The notes under the pieces are model-generated. The model was given only the letters and a program-made list of their open reading frames with translations, searched no databases and had not been told where the DNA came from. From UHGV virus genome UHGV-0161508: a stretch of DNA of 27,866 nucleotides. One strand, 5' to 3'. Each line of letters begins with the position of its first letter. Position 1 is the first letter of the stretch. The translations under genes and the position numbers were made by a program. Source of the DNA: a virus. This document shows positions 19,060-25,698 of the stretch, one piece after another.

Positions 19060-19710
19060 ATGAAAACTCAATTGATGGGAGAGCGCATTCGCGCTCGGAG
19101 AAAAGAACTCAAGATCAGGCAGGCCGCACTTGGAAAGATGGTCGGCGTGTCTAATGTTGCCATATCTCAGTGGGAACGCTCTGAGACAGAGCCAAATGGA
19201 GAGAATCTTCTCGCCCTGGCTAATGCGTTGAAGTGTTCCCCTGACTATCTGATGAAAGGAGAGGAAAGTCTTTCAAACATTGCCTATCACAGTAGGCATG
19301 ATCCAAGAGGGTCATACCCTCTGATTAGCTGGGTGAGCGCAGGATGCTGGATGGAAGCTGTAGAACCATATCATAAGCGTGCAATAGATAACTGGTACGA
19401 TACAACCGTAGACTGTTCAGAAGATTCGTTTTGGTTGGACGTGAAGGGAGACTCAATGACGGCTCCGGCCGGTCTCAGTATCCCTGAAGGAATGATAATA
19501 CTCGTCGATCCTGAAGTAGAGCCGCGTAACGGGAAACTGGTAGTTGCAAAGCTCGAAGGAGAAAACGAGGCAACTTTCAAGAAGTTAGTTATTGATGCAG
19601 GCAGGAAGTTTCTAAAACCACTTAACCCACAATATCCGATGATCGAGATCAACGGAAACTGCAAAATCATCGGCGTAGTTGTCGATGCAAAACTAGCAAA
19701 CCTTCCATAA
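19060..19710 (+). CDS. c2: Prophage repressor C2 (lambda CI analogue), P22-type
   Basis: 216-aa ORF MKTQLMGERIRARRKELKIRQAALGKMVGVSNVAISQWERSETEPNGENLLAL... matches recalled P22 c2 including the C-terminal LexA-like autocleavage domain; no SD before the ATG, consistent with a near-leaderless pRM transcript. Confidence 0.95.
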   Translation: MKTQLMGERIRARRKELKIRQAALGKMVGVSNVAISQWERSETEPNGENLLALANALKCSPDYLMKGEESLSNIAYHSRHDPRGSYPLISWVSAGCWMEAVEPYHKRAIDNWYDTTVDCSEDSFWLDVKGDSMTAPAGLSIPEGMIILVDPEVEPRNGKLVVAKLEGENEATFKKLVIDAGRKFLKPLNPQYPMIEINGNCKIIGVVVDAKLANLP

Positions 19711-19733
19711 AGGGGCATTCGCCCCTTTTTTTA
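19709..19733 (+). terminator. Intrinsic terminator immediately after c2
   Basis: AGGGGC-ATTC-GCCCCT followed by TTTTTTT. Confidence 0.75.
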
Positions 19734-19775
19734 TTTCCTTTAAAAATCAAAGCCAAACTTAAGTTACGAAAGAAA

Positions 19776-19829
19776 ATTTAAGTTTTCTTCAAAAATACTC
19801 TTGACCATTAATTAAAGAGATCTTAAATT
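19776..19829 (+). promoter_or_regulatory. OL operators and pL promoter
   Basis: -35 TTGACC (19801-19806), 17-bp spacer, -10 TAAATT (19824-19829). Operator ATTAAAGAGATCTTAAAT (19811-19828) and degenerate ATTTAAGTTTTCTTCAAA (19776-19793) share the OR half-site. Confidence 0.65.
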
Positions 19830-19874
19830 TAAGCCATCAGCAGGACGCTGGTAGCCAAACGGAACAGATTGGCA

Positions 19875-19917
19875 GGCTCTTTAACATTGATGGGATTGTC
19901 CCGCCGAAATGCGGGAA
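19875..19917 (+). promoter_or_regulatory. nutL: nutL (boxA + boxB)
   Basis: boxA GGCTCTTTAACA (19875-19886), 12-nt spacer, boxB hairpin TCCCGCCGAAATGCGGGAA (19899-19917), identical to the nutR boxB. Confidence 0.7.
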
Positions 19918-20274
19918 CTGAGTTTAACCAAACAGGAGGTGCCGTAATGGTGCACTAACGCGGTTAGACCGCAGCCGAAAGGCAATGCAGCAGTAATGAT
20001 GCTGCCCCGAGTCGCGTAATGGCGAGCAGGTTTAGCAGACCGATGTGAGGGTAAATAAGGGAACATGCTCCGGAAAGGCAGCGCGAATGCCAGACGCGCA
20101 CCGGTTATCAGCGGCTAATAAGCGACAGAGACTCAAGGGCATGAGCGCGCTCACTGCGAGAGTGTGAGTCAAAGAGTAGTTGGCTTTGGGGTGACGTGAA
20201 GTGCAGCTGCACGCCGGCAGCCGGAAGATAAGCACCCGGCGCGTCACCGCCAAAGTCAATCATCGGAGGTCAAC

Positions 20275-20574
20275 ATGACAGTAGTCATTACATATCTGGC
20301 TGACGATAACGCCAGAAATCGCCGCAGAGCACGCAGACAGGCTCAACGTGAACAGGCAATGCAAGAGCAGCGACTGGCGCGAAAAATTGCGCTAAAGCTC
20401 TCTGGTTGCGTCAGAGCAGATAAAGCAGCATCACTCGGAAGCCTTCGCTGCAAGAAGGCAGAAGAAGTCGAGCGTAAACAGAACCGTATTTACTACCGCA
20501 AGCCACGCAGTGAAATGGGTGTGACTTGTGTTGGTCGCCAGAAAATGAAATTAGGCAGCAAACCACTTATTTGA
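20275..20574 (+). CDS. N: Antitermination protein N (arginine-rich-motif family, not P22 gp24-type)
   Basis: 99 aa; N-terminal arginine-rich motif DNARNRRRARRQAQREQ; first gene after pL/nutL; GGAGG 5 nt before the ATG. Confidence 0.8.
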   Translation: MTVVITYLADDNARNRRRARRQAQREQAMQEQRLARKIALKLSGCVRADKAASLGSLRCKKAEEVERKQNRIYYRKPRSEMGVTCVGRQKMKLGSKPLI

Positions 20575-20582
20575 GGTGAGAT

Positions 20583-21053
20583 ATGACAAAATCATGGATC
20601 GTACCTTTTCCTGAATCAGAAACTGAACATGATGGAATGCCTGTTTTCTGGAGATTCCAGGCGACAGTTGAAGAAGATGGAATCAAAATATTCGCACTTC
20701 AATATATAGCTTTTCATCAGACAGAGCATTATGCATGGTTGGTTCCTGCGCATTGGATTGTTAATTTTAAACCAGCACCAAATCAGTGGTTACAGGAATG
20801 GAAACAAAAGAGAAATAGATATGCAATTAAGAAAGTAGCAAAAAATGCAGAAAGATCTTTTGCATTCCCAACGAAGAAACTTGCCATTGAAAGTTTATTG
20901 CGCCGGAAGAAATACCATTTAATGAGAATCAAACAAGATTTGGCTGTTGTATCAACTCTTGTTGATGGGATGAAGAATATTGATACATCAACACCAGATA
21001 TTGAATATAACTTTGGACACAACCAAGAAACAGAAAACTGGGTGTTTTATTAG
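20583..21053 (+). CDS. Hypothetical protein (156 aa), AT-rich moron between N and cIII
   Basis: ORF MTKSWIVPFPESETEHDGMPVFWRFQATVEEDG...; GGTGAG 4 nt before the ATG; visibly lower G+C than flanking genes; followed by a hairpin and a terminator. No family recognised. Confidence 0.6.
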   Translation: MTKSWIVPFPESETEHDGMPVFWRFQATVEEDGIKIFALQYIAFHQTEHYAWLVPAHWIVNFKPAPNQWLQEWKQKRNRYAIKKVAKNAERSFAFPTKKLAIESLLRRKKYHLMRIKQDLAVVSTLVDGMKNIDTSTPDIEYNFGHNQETENWVFY

Positions 21054-21067
21054 TACGAATAAGCACT

Positions 21068-21095
21068 GTGTATTCATTCCAACGAGTGAATACAC
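21068..21095 (+). promoter_or_regulatory. Perfect 9-bp inverted repeat (GTGTATTCA-N10-TGAATACAC) downstream of the moron
   Basis: Seen directly; not followed by a U-tract, so more likely an RNA processing or protein-binding element than a terminator. Confidence 0.4.
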
Positions 21096-21157
21096 GGAGC
21101 AATGTCGCTCGTAACTAAACAGGAGCCGACTTGTTCTGATTATTGGAAATCTTCTTT

Positions 21158-21181
21158 GCCCTCCAGTGTGAGGGCTTTTTT
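21158..21181 (+). terminator. Intrinsic terminator (tL1-like) between moron and cIII
   Basis: GCCCTC-CAGTGT-GAGGGC followed by TTTTTT. Confidence 0.75.
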
Positions 21182-21247
21182 ATATGCATACCAATAACGC
21201 TTCACTTGAGGCGTTTTCGTTATGCAATCAAATATAAGGAGTTACCC

Positions 21248-21382
21248 ATGATGCATTTTCAGCTCGCGGGTAGCGGCGTCATGTCCGCTTTCTACCCGCA
21301 CGAATCTGAATTATCACGCCGAGTTAAACAATTAATCAGAGCAGCAAAGAAACAACTGGAGGCGTTATGCGCAATGAAATAG
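21248..21382 (+). CDS. cIII: CIII-like protein (FtsH inhibitor, stabiliser of CII); start trimmed
   Basis: MMHFQLAGSGVMSAFYPHESELSRRVKQLIRAAKKQLEALCAMK, 44 aa; central ESELSRRVKQLIRAAKKQL resembles the lambda CIII amphipathic helix ESLLERITRKLRDGWKRL; AAGGAG 6 nt upstream. The track ORF starts upstream of the terminator. Confidence 0.65.
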   Translation: MMHFQLAGSGVMSAFYPHESELSRRVKQLIRAAKKQLEALCAMK

Positions 21383-21519
21383 CCATCAATCACCAGATGC
21401 TTCGTGCTGCACAGAACAAAGCAGTAATAGCCAGATTTATTGGTGATTCAAAAATGTGGCTTGAAGCAAATAAAGCGATGAAATCAGCTATCAACCTTCC
21501 GTGGTATCGCAGGAAATGA
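21367..21519 (+). CDS. kil: Kil-like small protein (putative host cell-division inhibitor)
   Basis: 50 aa MRNEIAINHQMLRAAQNKAVIARFIGDSKMWLEANKAMKSAINLPWYRRK; GGAGG 4 nt upstream; sits right after cIII as kil does in lambda/P22. Homology rests on my recollection of an ...ATFIGDEKM... motif in Kil and on position only. Confidence 0.4.
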   Translation: MRNEIAINHQMLRAAQNKAVIARFIGDSKMWLEANKAMKSAINLPWYRRK

Positions 21520-21600
21520 GTTTTACAGATAACTGGTCAGACGAAGAATTCATTCGTCAGATGAAAGAAATGCTCAATCAGCACAAAGAACAGGAGAAAG

Positions 21601-21912
21601 ATGATGATTCTGACTCTGAAAGATGAGCGTGAAATATCGCAAATAATCGCAAGTTTTACTGATGAAGATTACGAACGAATCAAAAGTGAAGTTGATCGCC
21701 TCTGCAAACGGTGCGACCCAATAAGCGAAATGCTTCGCTCATATAAACCAGATGAACACACTAAGGACGCTATCGACTGGCTGGAAGATTATGACTGTAA
21801 CTATCAGGAAAAAGCCGCTGAATGGTTCTGGGATGCAATAACCGAAAGAGTTAAGGCTGAATATGCCTTCGCAATATTCAAACGCAGACATATTTATGGA
21901 GAAGCTGCATGA
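21601..21912 (+). CDS. Hypothetical acidic protein (103 aa) upstream of recT
   Basis: ORF with AGGAGAAAG before the ATGATG start; stop overlaps the recT ATG (ATGA). No family recognised. Confidence 0.55.
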   Translation: MMILTLKDEREISQIIASFTDEDYERIKSEVDRLCKRCDPISEMLRSYKPDEHTKDAIDWLEDYDCNYQEKAAEWFWDAITERVKAEYAFAIFKRRHIYGEAA

Positions 21913-22820
21913 GCAATATCGTTGAATTCGTTAAACAGCAAGAGCAGTTATTCTGCGGAGCATTGACTGAACAGACGGTGACATGGGCTAAGGAAAGCCA
22001 GTTTGCAATTCAGTATTTCCAGAAAAATGATTACCTGGCTAAAACGGCACTGGCAAATCCAACCAGCGCACAGAACGCCATCATCAATGTTGCGGCGATC
22101 GGCATCACCTTAAACCCGGCCAGCAAACTGGCTTATCTGGTTCCTCGCGACGGCATGGTGTGCCTTGATATCAGTTATATGGGATTGCTCCATATTGCAA
22201 TGGAGTCTGGTGTTATCTCATGGGGTCAGGCAAAACTTGTTCATGCTAACGATACCTATGAGTCAAACGGGCTTGATAAAGCACCAACCCATAAATACAA
22301 CGCCTTCGGTGATCGTGGTGATATCGTTGGCGTTTACTGCACAGTTAAGACGCCAGCAGGTGATTATCTAACGGAAGAGATGAGTCTGGCTGAAATTGAG
22401 GCTGTAAGGAAAACAAGCAAGGCGGCATTCAGCGATAAAGGACCATGGGTAAATCACTGGAATGAGATGGCGCGAAAGACGGTCGTAAAGCGTGCAAGCA
22501 AGTATTGGCCTAAGGCATCACGTCTTGATAGTGCTATTCACGTACTAAACGAAGAAGAAGGTGTGTGGACTGAACCAGTTATGCCGCACAAATCAGAGGA
22601 AGATATCCGCGAAGATGAACGGAAACGCCAGCAGGAAATAACGGATAAAGCACAACTTCTTTGTGATGAAATGGCTCAGGCTGAAAACATGGATGATTTG
22701 AAGCGATATTTTGCAGAAGCATATCGCCTGACATCTGGAATGAAATTGCAGCAGAACGTACAAGCCATTTACGCAGAATGCAAAGCGAAACTGGAGGTTG
22801 CCAGTGAGCAAACTATATGA
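21909..22820 (+). CDS. recT: RecT-family single-strand annealing recombinase
   Basis: 303 aa; C-terminal segment GPWVNHWNEMARKTVVKRASKYWP parallels the Rac RecT motif GPWVTHWEEMAKKTAIRRLFKYLP. Confidence 0.85.
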   Translation: MSNIVEFVKQQEQLFCGALTEQTVTWAKESQFAIQYFQKNDYLAKTALANPTSAQNAIINVAAIGITLNPASKLAYLVPRDGMVCLDISYMGLLHIAMESGVISWGQAKLVHANDTYESNGLDKAPTHKYNAFGDRGDIVGVYCTVKTPAGDYLTEEMSLAEIEAVRKTSKAAFSDKGPWVNHWNEMARKTVVKRASKYWPKASRLDSAIHVLNEEEGVWTEPVMPHKSEEDIREDERKRQQEITDKAQLLCDEMAQAENMDDLKRYFAEAYRLTSGMKLQQNVQAIYAECKAKLEVASEQTI

Positions 22821-23286
22821 AATTGCCAATGAATACGCAAAATTGATGGATTCAGATTTAGAACCAGAGATGATTGCTGACACAATAGAAGGCATGGAAG
22901 GAGAATTTACCGATAAAATAGAGCAACTTCTTGCCATTATTAAAAATGAATCTGGTTATGCTGAACGCCTCAAGGAAGAGGCAAAGTCACTGAATGAGCG
23001 AGCCGCAGTAATTCAAAATAAGATTGAGAGCATCAAATCATATATAGCGTCATCGCTTGAAATGGTTGGCAAGAAAAAGATTCGAGCAGGTATTCACCAG
23101 GTAACAATCCGCAAACCGTCAGAAACTGTAGAAATCATCGACTCAAGCGCCCTTCCTCCTGAATACGTTGAGTTTGAAACGACAATTAAAGCCGACAAAC
23201 TGGCAATCAAACACCAACTAAAAGCAGGAATAAATATCCCCGGCGCTCAACTCAAAGTTGGGAAACCTTCACTTCTTATCAAATAA
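22804..23286 (+). CDS. Gp157-like (Sipho_Gp157 family) recombination-module protein, tentative
   Basis: About 160 aa, helical, immediately after recT. Start chosen at GTG 22804 (GGAGG 6 nt upstream); the track starts at TTG 22798. Family call is from memory of the pattern and context. Confidence 0.45.
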   Translation: MSKLYEIANEYAKLMDSDLEPEMIADTIEGMEGEFTDKIEQLLAIIKNESGYAERLKEEAKSLNERAAVIQNKIESIKSYIASSLEMVGKKKIRAGIHQVTIRKPSETVEIIDSSALPPEYVEFETTIKADKLAIKHQLKAGINIPGAQLKVGKPSLLIK

Positions 23287-23297
23287 CGGTATCGACT

Positions 23298-23612
23298 ATG
23301 AAAAAGACTCCATGGGAGAAATGGGAAGTCGATTTCTTGCGCGAGGTAGCGGCGACAATGCCAGTTGAAGTTATCGCTGAAAAACTGGAAAGGACTGAAA
23401 AAGCAGTAATGGCGAAAGCAACAAGGATTGGCGCTGACATTGTTAGCCGACTTCGTGGAAGACGATGGACAAGAGCCGAAGTATCACTTTTCGGTAAGTT
23501 CTCCGCAGAAGAAATAGCAATTGCAACCTGCCGCTCAATTTATTCAGTAAGAGCTATGCGATACAAGCTAAAAAAACTCGATGAAGAAAGAGCAGGCATA
23601 CGAATAAATTAA
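23298..23612 (+). CDS. Hypothetical protein with two tandem W-x2-E...L...IA..L.RT..AV repeats (possible tandem HTH/Myb-like fold)
   Basis: 104-aa ORF; repeat units MKKTPWEKWEVDFLREVAATMPVEVIAEKLERTEKAV and RRWTRAEVSLFGKFSAEEIAIATCRSIYSVRAMRYKL. Confidence 0.5.
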   Translation: MKKTPWEKWEVDFLREVAATMPVEVIAEKLERTEKAVMAKATRIGADIVSRLRGRRWTRAEVSLFGKFSAEEIAIATCRSIYSVRAMRYKLKKLDEERAGIRIN

Positions 23613-23628
23613 CATGGAGTAATTAACA

Positions 23629-23910
23629 ATGAAGCTAAACATCGACCTTGGAAAATACGTTATTACCGGAACCAAACACGACCTGATTCTTAGTGAAAGA
23701 GGAATTATCAAAGAAGGCGAGAATGCAGGGAAAGAAACACTAAGTCGTATCGGTTATTACAGCAAGTTTGAGCATCTGGTTAAAGAGTTATGCAACCGTG
23801 AAATCCTGTTATCTCAGGCGCAGACACTACAGGATATTCAGCAGCATATCGAGACTTTAGGTGTATCACTTAGCACGGCTGTTGACCAGTTCGCGGAGAG
23901 TAAATCATGA
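23629..23910 (+). CDS. Hypothetical protein (93 aa)
   Basis: ORF with stop overlapping the next small ORF (ATGA); no family recognised. Confidence 0.5.
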   Translation: MKLNIDLGKYVITGTKHDLILSERGIIKEGENAGKETLSRIGYYSKFEHLVKELCNREILLSQAQTLQDIQQHIETLGVSLSTAVDQFAESKS

Positions 23911-24074
23911 GAGGACTTGCATACAATCCCGGCATTCTTCCGGCAGAAATGATTATTCGCCAACGCGTAAAGCCAATGCCATCGAGAGAGGAATTGCTTA
24001 AGAGAAATTCTTTTCCATCAGTGAATCAAAACAAATATCTGAATTCGATGTGGCGCAAAGGAGGCAAGCAGTGA
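23907..24074 (+). CDS. Hypothetical small protein (55 aa)
   Basis: Manual translation [55 protein letters not shown]; GGAGAG 6 nt upstream; translationally coupled on both sides. Confidence 0.3.
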   Translation: MRGLAYNPGILPAEMIIRQRVKPMPSREELLKRNSFPSVNQNKYLNSMWRKGGKQ

Positions 24075-24325
24075 GTAATTCCGCACGACTACAGCTTGGT
24101 TTTTCACCGCTATCAAAAACTATCATGCTGGCAAAAATGCGCGATGTTGAAGGTGGACGTATGCGCGTTGGCAATGATCCAGGTCGTGATGTTACCAATG
24201 AGGCTGCTCAATTGGTGTGGCGACTGGTCATGGCTGAAGGTGGTGAGATCGCGTGGGAACTTGATGATGGTTCTCGCATGGTGTTGAAGGCAGAGAAGCA
24301 GGAGGCAACCAGTGAGCAAGATTGA
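24071..24325 (+). CDS. Hypothetical protein (about 84 aa; start at GTG)
   Basis: AAGGAGG 6 nt before GTG 24071; the track ORF starts at ATG 24050, which lacks an RBS. Confidence 0.4.
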   Translation: MSNSARLQLGFSPLSKTIMLAKMRDVEGGRMRVGNDPGRDVTNEAAQLVWRLVMAEGGEIAWELDDGSRMVLKAEKQEATSEQD

Positions 24326-24935
24326 TTATCAAAAGCTTCGTGAAATCGCTGAAAAAACAAAAATTGCTGGTGAAGCACCTGTAATGCCTTTCGATCAGCG
24401 AATTAATGCGCTTAACGATTTTATGAAGCACTTTTCGCCAGATATCGCGCTGGCATTGCTGGATGAACGTGAAAGAAACCAGCAATACATCAAATCCCGC
24501 GACCAGGAGAACGAGGAAATTGCGCTAACGGTAGGGAAGCTGCGTGTTGAGCTGGAAGCAGCAGATAACAACCTTATTGATAGTGAATGCCATGTTGCTG
24601 AACTGGAAGAAGCGCTACGCGATAAGCAGGCATTACTTGAAGCCTCAGAAAAGCGCATTGCAGAACTTGAAGCACGGGAAATAAAACCAGCCAAAGGCGA
24701 AGTTCTTGTCGTTGTATCTGGTTTTACTGGTTGCGGAAAAAGCGCCATTGCCGGGGAAATAGAAATCGCGATGAAGGCTATTGGTGTACCGGTTCAGTGG
24801 ACTAATGGCGATGCGGAAAAGCGCATGACAGGAGCTGACTGGCTGACAGCGATTGAGATGTACAAACCAACAGTGCGCATCGTGGAAGTTAATGTGCCAC
24901 GCGCCGCAGGCATTCGCATCAAAGAGGGTGAGTAG
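24312..24935 (+). CDS. Ead/Ea22-like protein (coiled-coil early-region protein), tentative
   Basis: 207 aa; N-terminal [17 protein letters not shown]..., central ERERNQQYIKSRDQENEEIA and coiled-coil ELEEALRDKQALLEASEKRIAELEAR are typical of the Ea22 family in lambdoid early-left regions. Confidence 0.55.
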   Translation: MSKIDYQKLREIAEKTKIAGEAPVMPFDQRINALNDFMKHFSPDIALALLDERERNQQYIKSRDQENEEIALTVGKLRVELEAADNNLIDSECHVAELEEALRDKQALLEASEKRIAELEAREIKPAKGEVLVVVSGFTGCGKSAIAGEIEIAMKAIGVPVQWTNGDAEKRMTGADWLTAIEMYKPTVRIVEVNVPRAAGIRIKEGE

Positions 24936-25107
24936 TGCGTGTGGCATGTATCGGCTTGTTACCGTACCCGACTCGTTTTTGGGCTTCTGCGCTAATTGCA
25001 AAGCCACATGTCCTGATGGCTGACAACATCATCCCGGCACCAAAGCGCCGCCATACCGGTATTGCAGCGGCACGACGAGCAGCAAAGAGACGCAGGAGAG
25101 CAAAGCG

Positions 25108-25284
25108 ATGAAAAACCGTAAGGCAAAACGACTTTTTTTACAGCGACCTGTGCGTGTGGTGGAGCTGGTTATTAGCAACCATAAGATAGCGGTACTCCAT
25201 CCATTTGGTCAGGTGGCTTTTGCCGCAAAGCGTAAGCCTACTGCGTCACAGAACAGGCGGAAGAAAGGGTACGCTGTAAGATGA
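25108..25284 (+). CDS. Hypothetical small basic protein (58 aa), paralogue 1 of a tandem pair
   Basis: Manual translation MKNRKAKRLFLQRPVRVVELVISNHKIAVLHPFGQVAFAAKRKPTASQNRRKKGYAVR; AGGAGAG 7 nt upstream; stop overlaps the next ATG. Confidence 0.35.
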   Translation: MKNRKAKRLFLQRPVRVVELVISNHKIAVLHPFGQVAFAAKRKPTASQNRRKKGYAVR

Positions 25285-25469
25285 AAAACCGTAAAGCAAA
25301 GATTCTGTTAGTTCGTAGAAACGCTCCTGGCGTCTGGCAGTGGGTGAGACTCAGCAACCGACGGATGGGGTTGATGAAATATTACGGGATGATGGATTGT
25401 GGTTTTTGCAAAAAGCCCAGCGCGGCGCAAAACCGCTGGAAAAACCACTTGCGCACTAAAGGAGAGTGA
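25281..25469 (+). CDS. Hypothetical small basic protein (62 aa), paralogue 2 of a tandem pair
   Basis: MKNRKAKILLVRRNAPGVWQWVRLSNRRMGLMKYYGMMDCGFCKKPSAAQNRWKNHLRTKGE; shares the MKNRKAK-L-L--R N-terminus with the upstream ORF. Confidence 0.45.
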   Translation: MKNRKAKILLVRRNAPGVWQWVRLSNRRMGLMKYYGMMDCGFCKKPSAAQNRWKNHLRTKGE

Positions 25470-25470
25470 T

Positions 25471-25698
25471 ATGGCTAACTCATTACTTGAAACCTGCAAC
25501 AACTGGCAGATTCAGAGGGCGGAGATTTTATCTCGCAATCCAGATATGGCAATGACAATTGACAATCTGGATACGCTAATTGAGCGAACCGTGCGCTCTG
25601 CAATTGATATAGCACATCGAGTGGATTGGGATTTCAGAGAAGCGGAGCGACTTGCTAAAGAGCAGGCGAAAGCATCGGGTAAAGGAGAGGCATCATGA
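25471..25698 (+). CDS. Hypothetical protein (75 aa; start trimmed to RBS-supported ATG)
   Basis: AAGGAGAG 5 nt before ATG 25471; MANSLLETCNNWQIQRAEILSRNPDMAMTIDNLDTLIERTV...; the track ORF starts 24 codons earlier inside the previous gene. Confidence 0.45.
   Translation: MANSLLETCNNWQIQRAEILSRNPDMAMTIDNLDTLIERTVRSAIDIAHRVDWDFREAERLAKEQAKASGKGEAS

Noticed and set aside
19881-20259. Two minus-strand ORFs (61 and 75 aa) in the pL-to-N leader
   Set aside because: They are antisense to the pL transcript in a GC-rich structured leader, lack RBS and have Arg/Ala/Cys-rich low-complexity translations; treated as spurious.
21143-21382. 79-aa ORF starting at 21143
   Set aside because: Its 5' part spans the strong intrinsic terminator at 21158-21181. 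The RBS-supported start is the ATG at 21248 (cIII-like, 44 aa).
21516-21626. 36-aa ORF (MSFTDNWSDEEFIRQMKEMLNQHKEQEKDDDSDSER) between kil-like gene and the 103-aa ORF
   Set aside because: RBS is only AGGA with 2-nt spacing and the ORF overlaps the next gene by 26 nt. It could correspond to a small arf-like gene but support is too weak to list as a feature.
24645-25007. 120-aa minus-strand ORF overlapping the Ea22-like gene end
   Set aside because: Antisense to a supported plus-strand gene in a plus-strand operon; no RBS; spurious.
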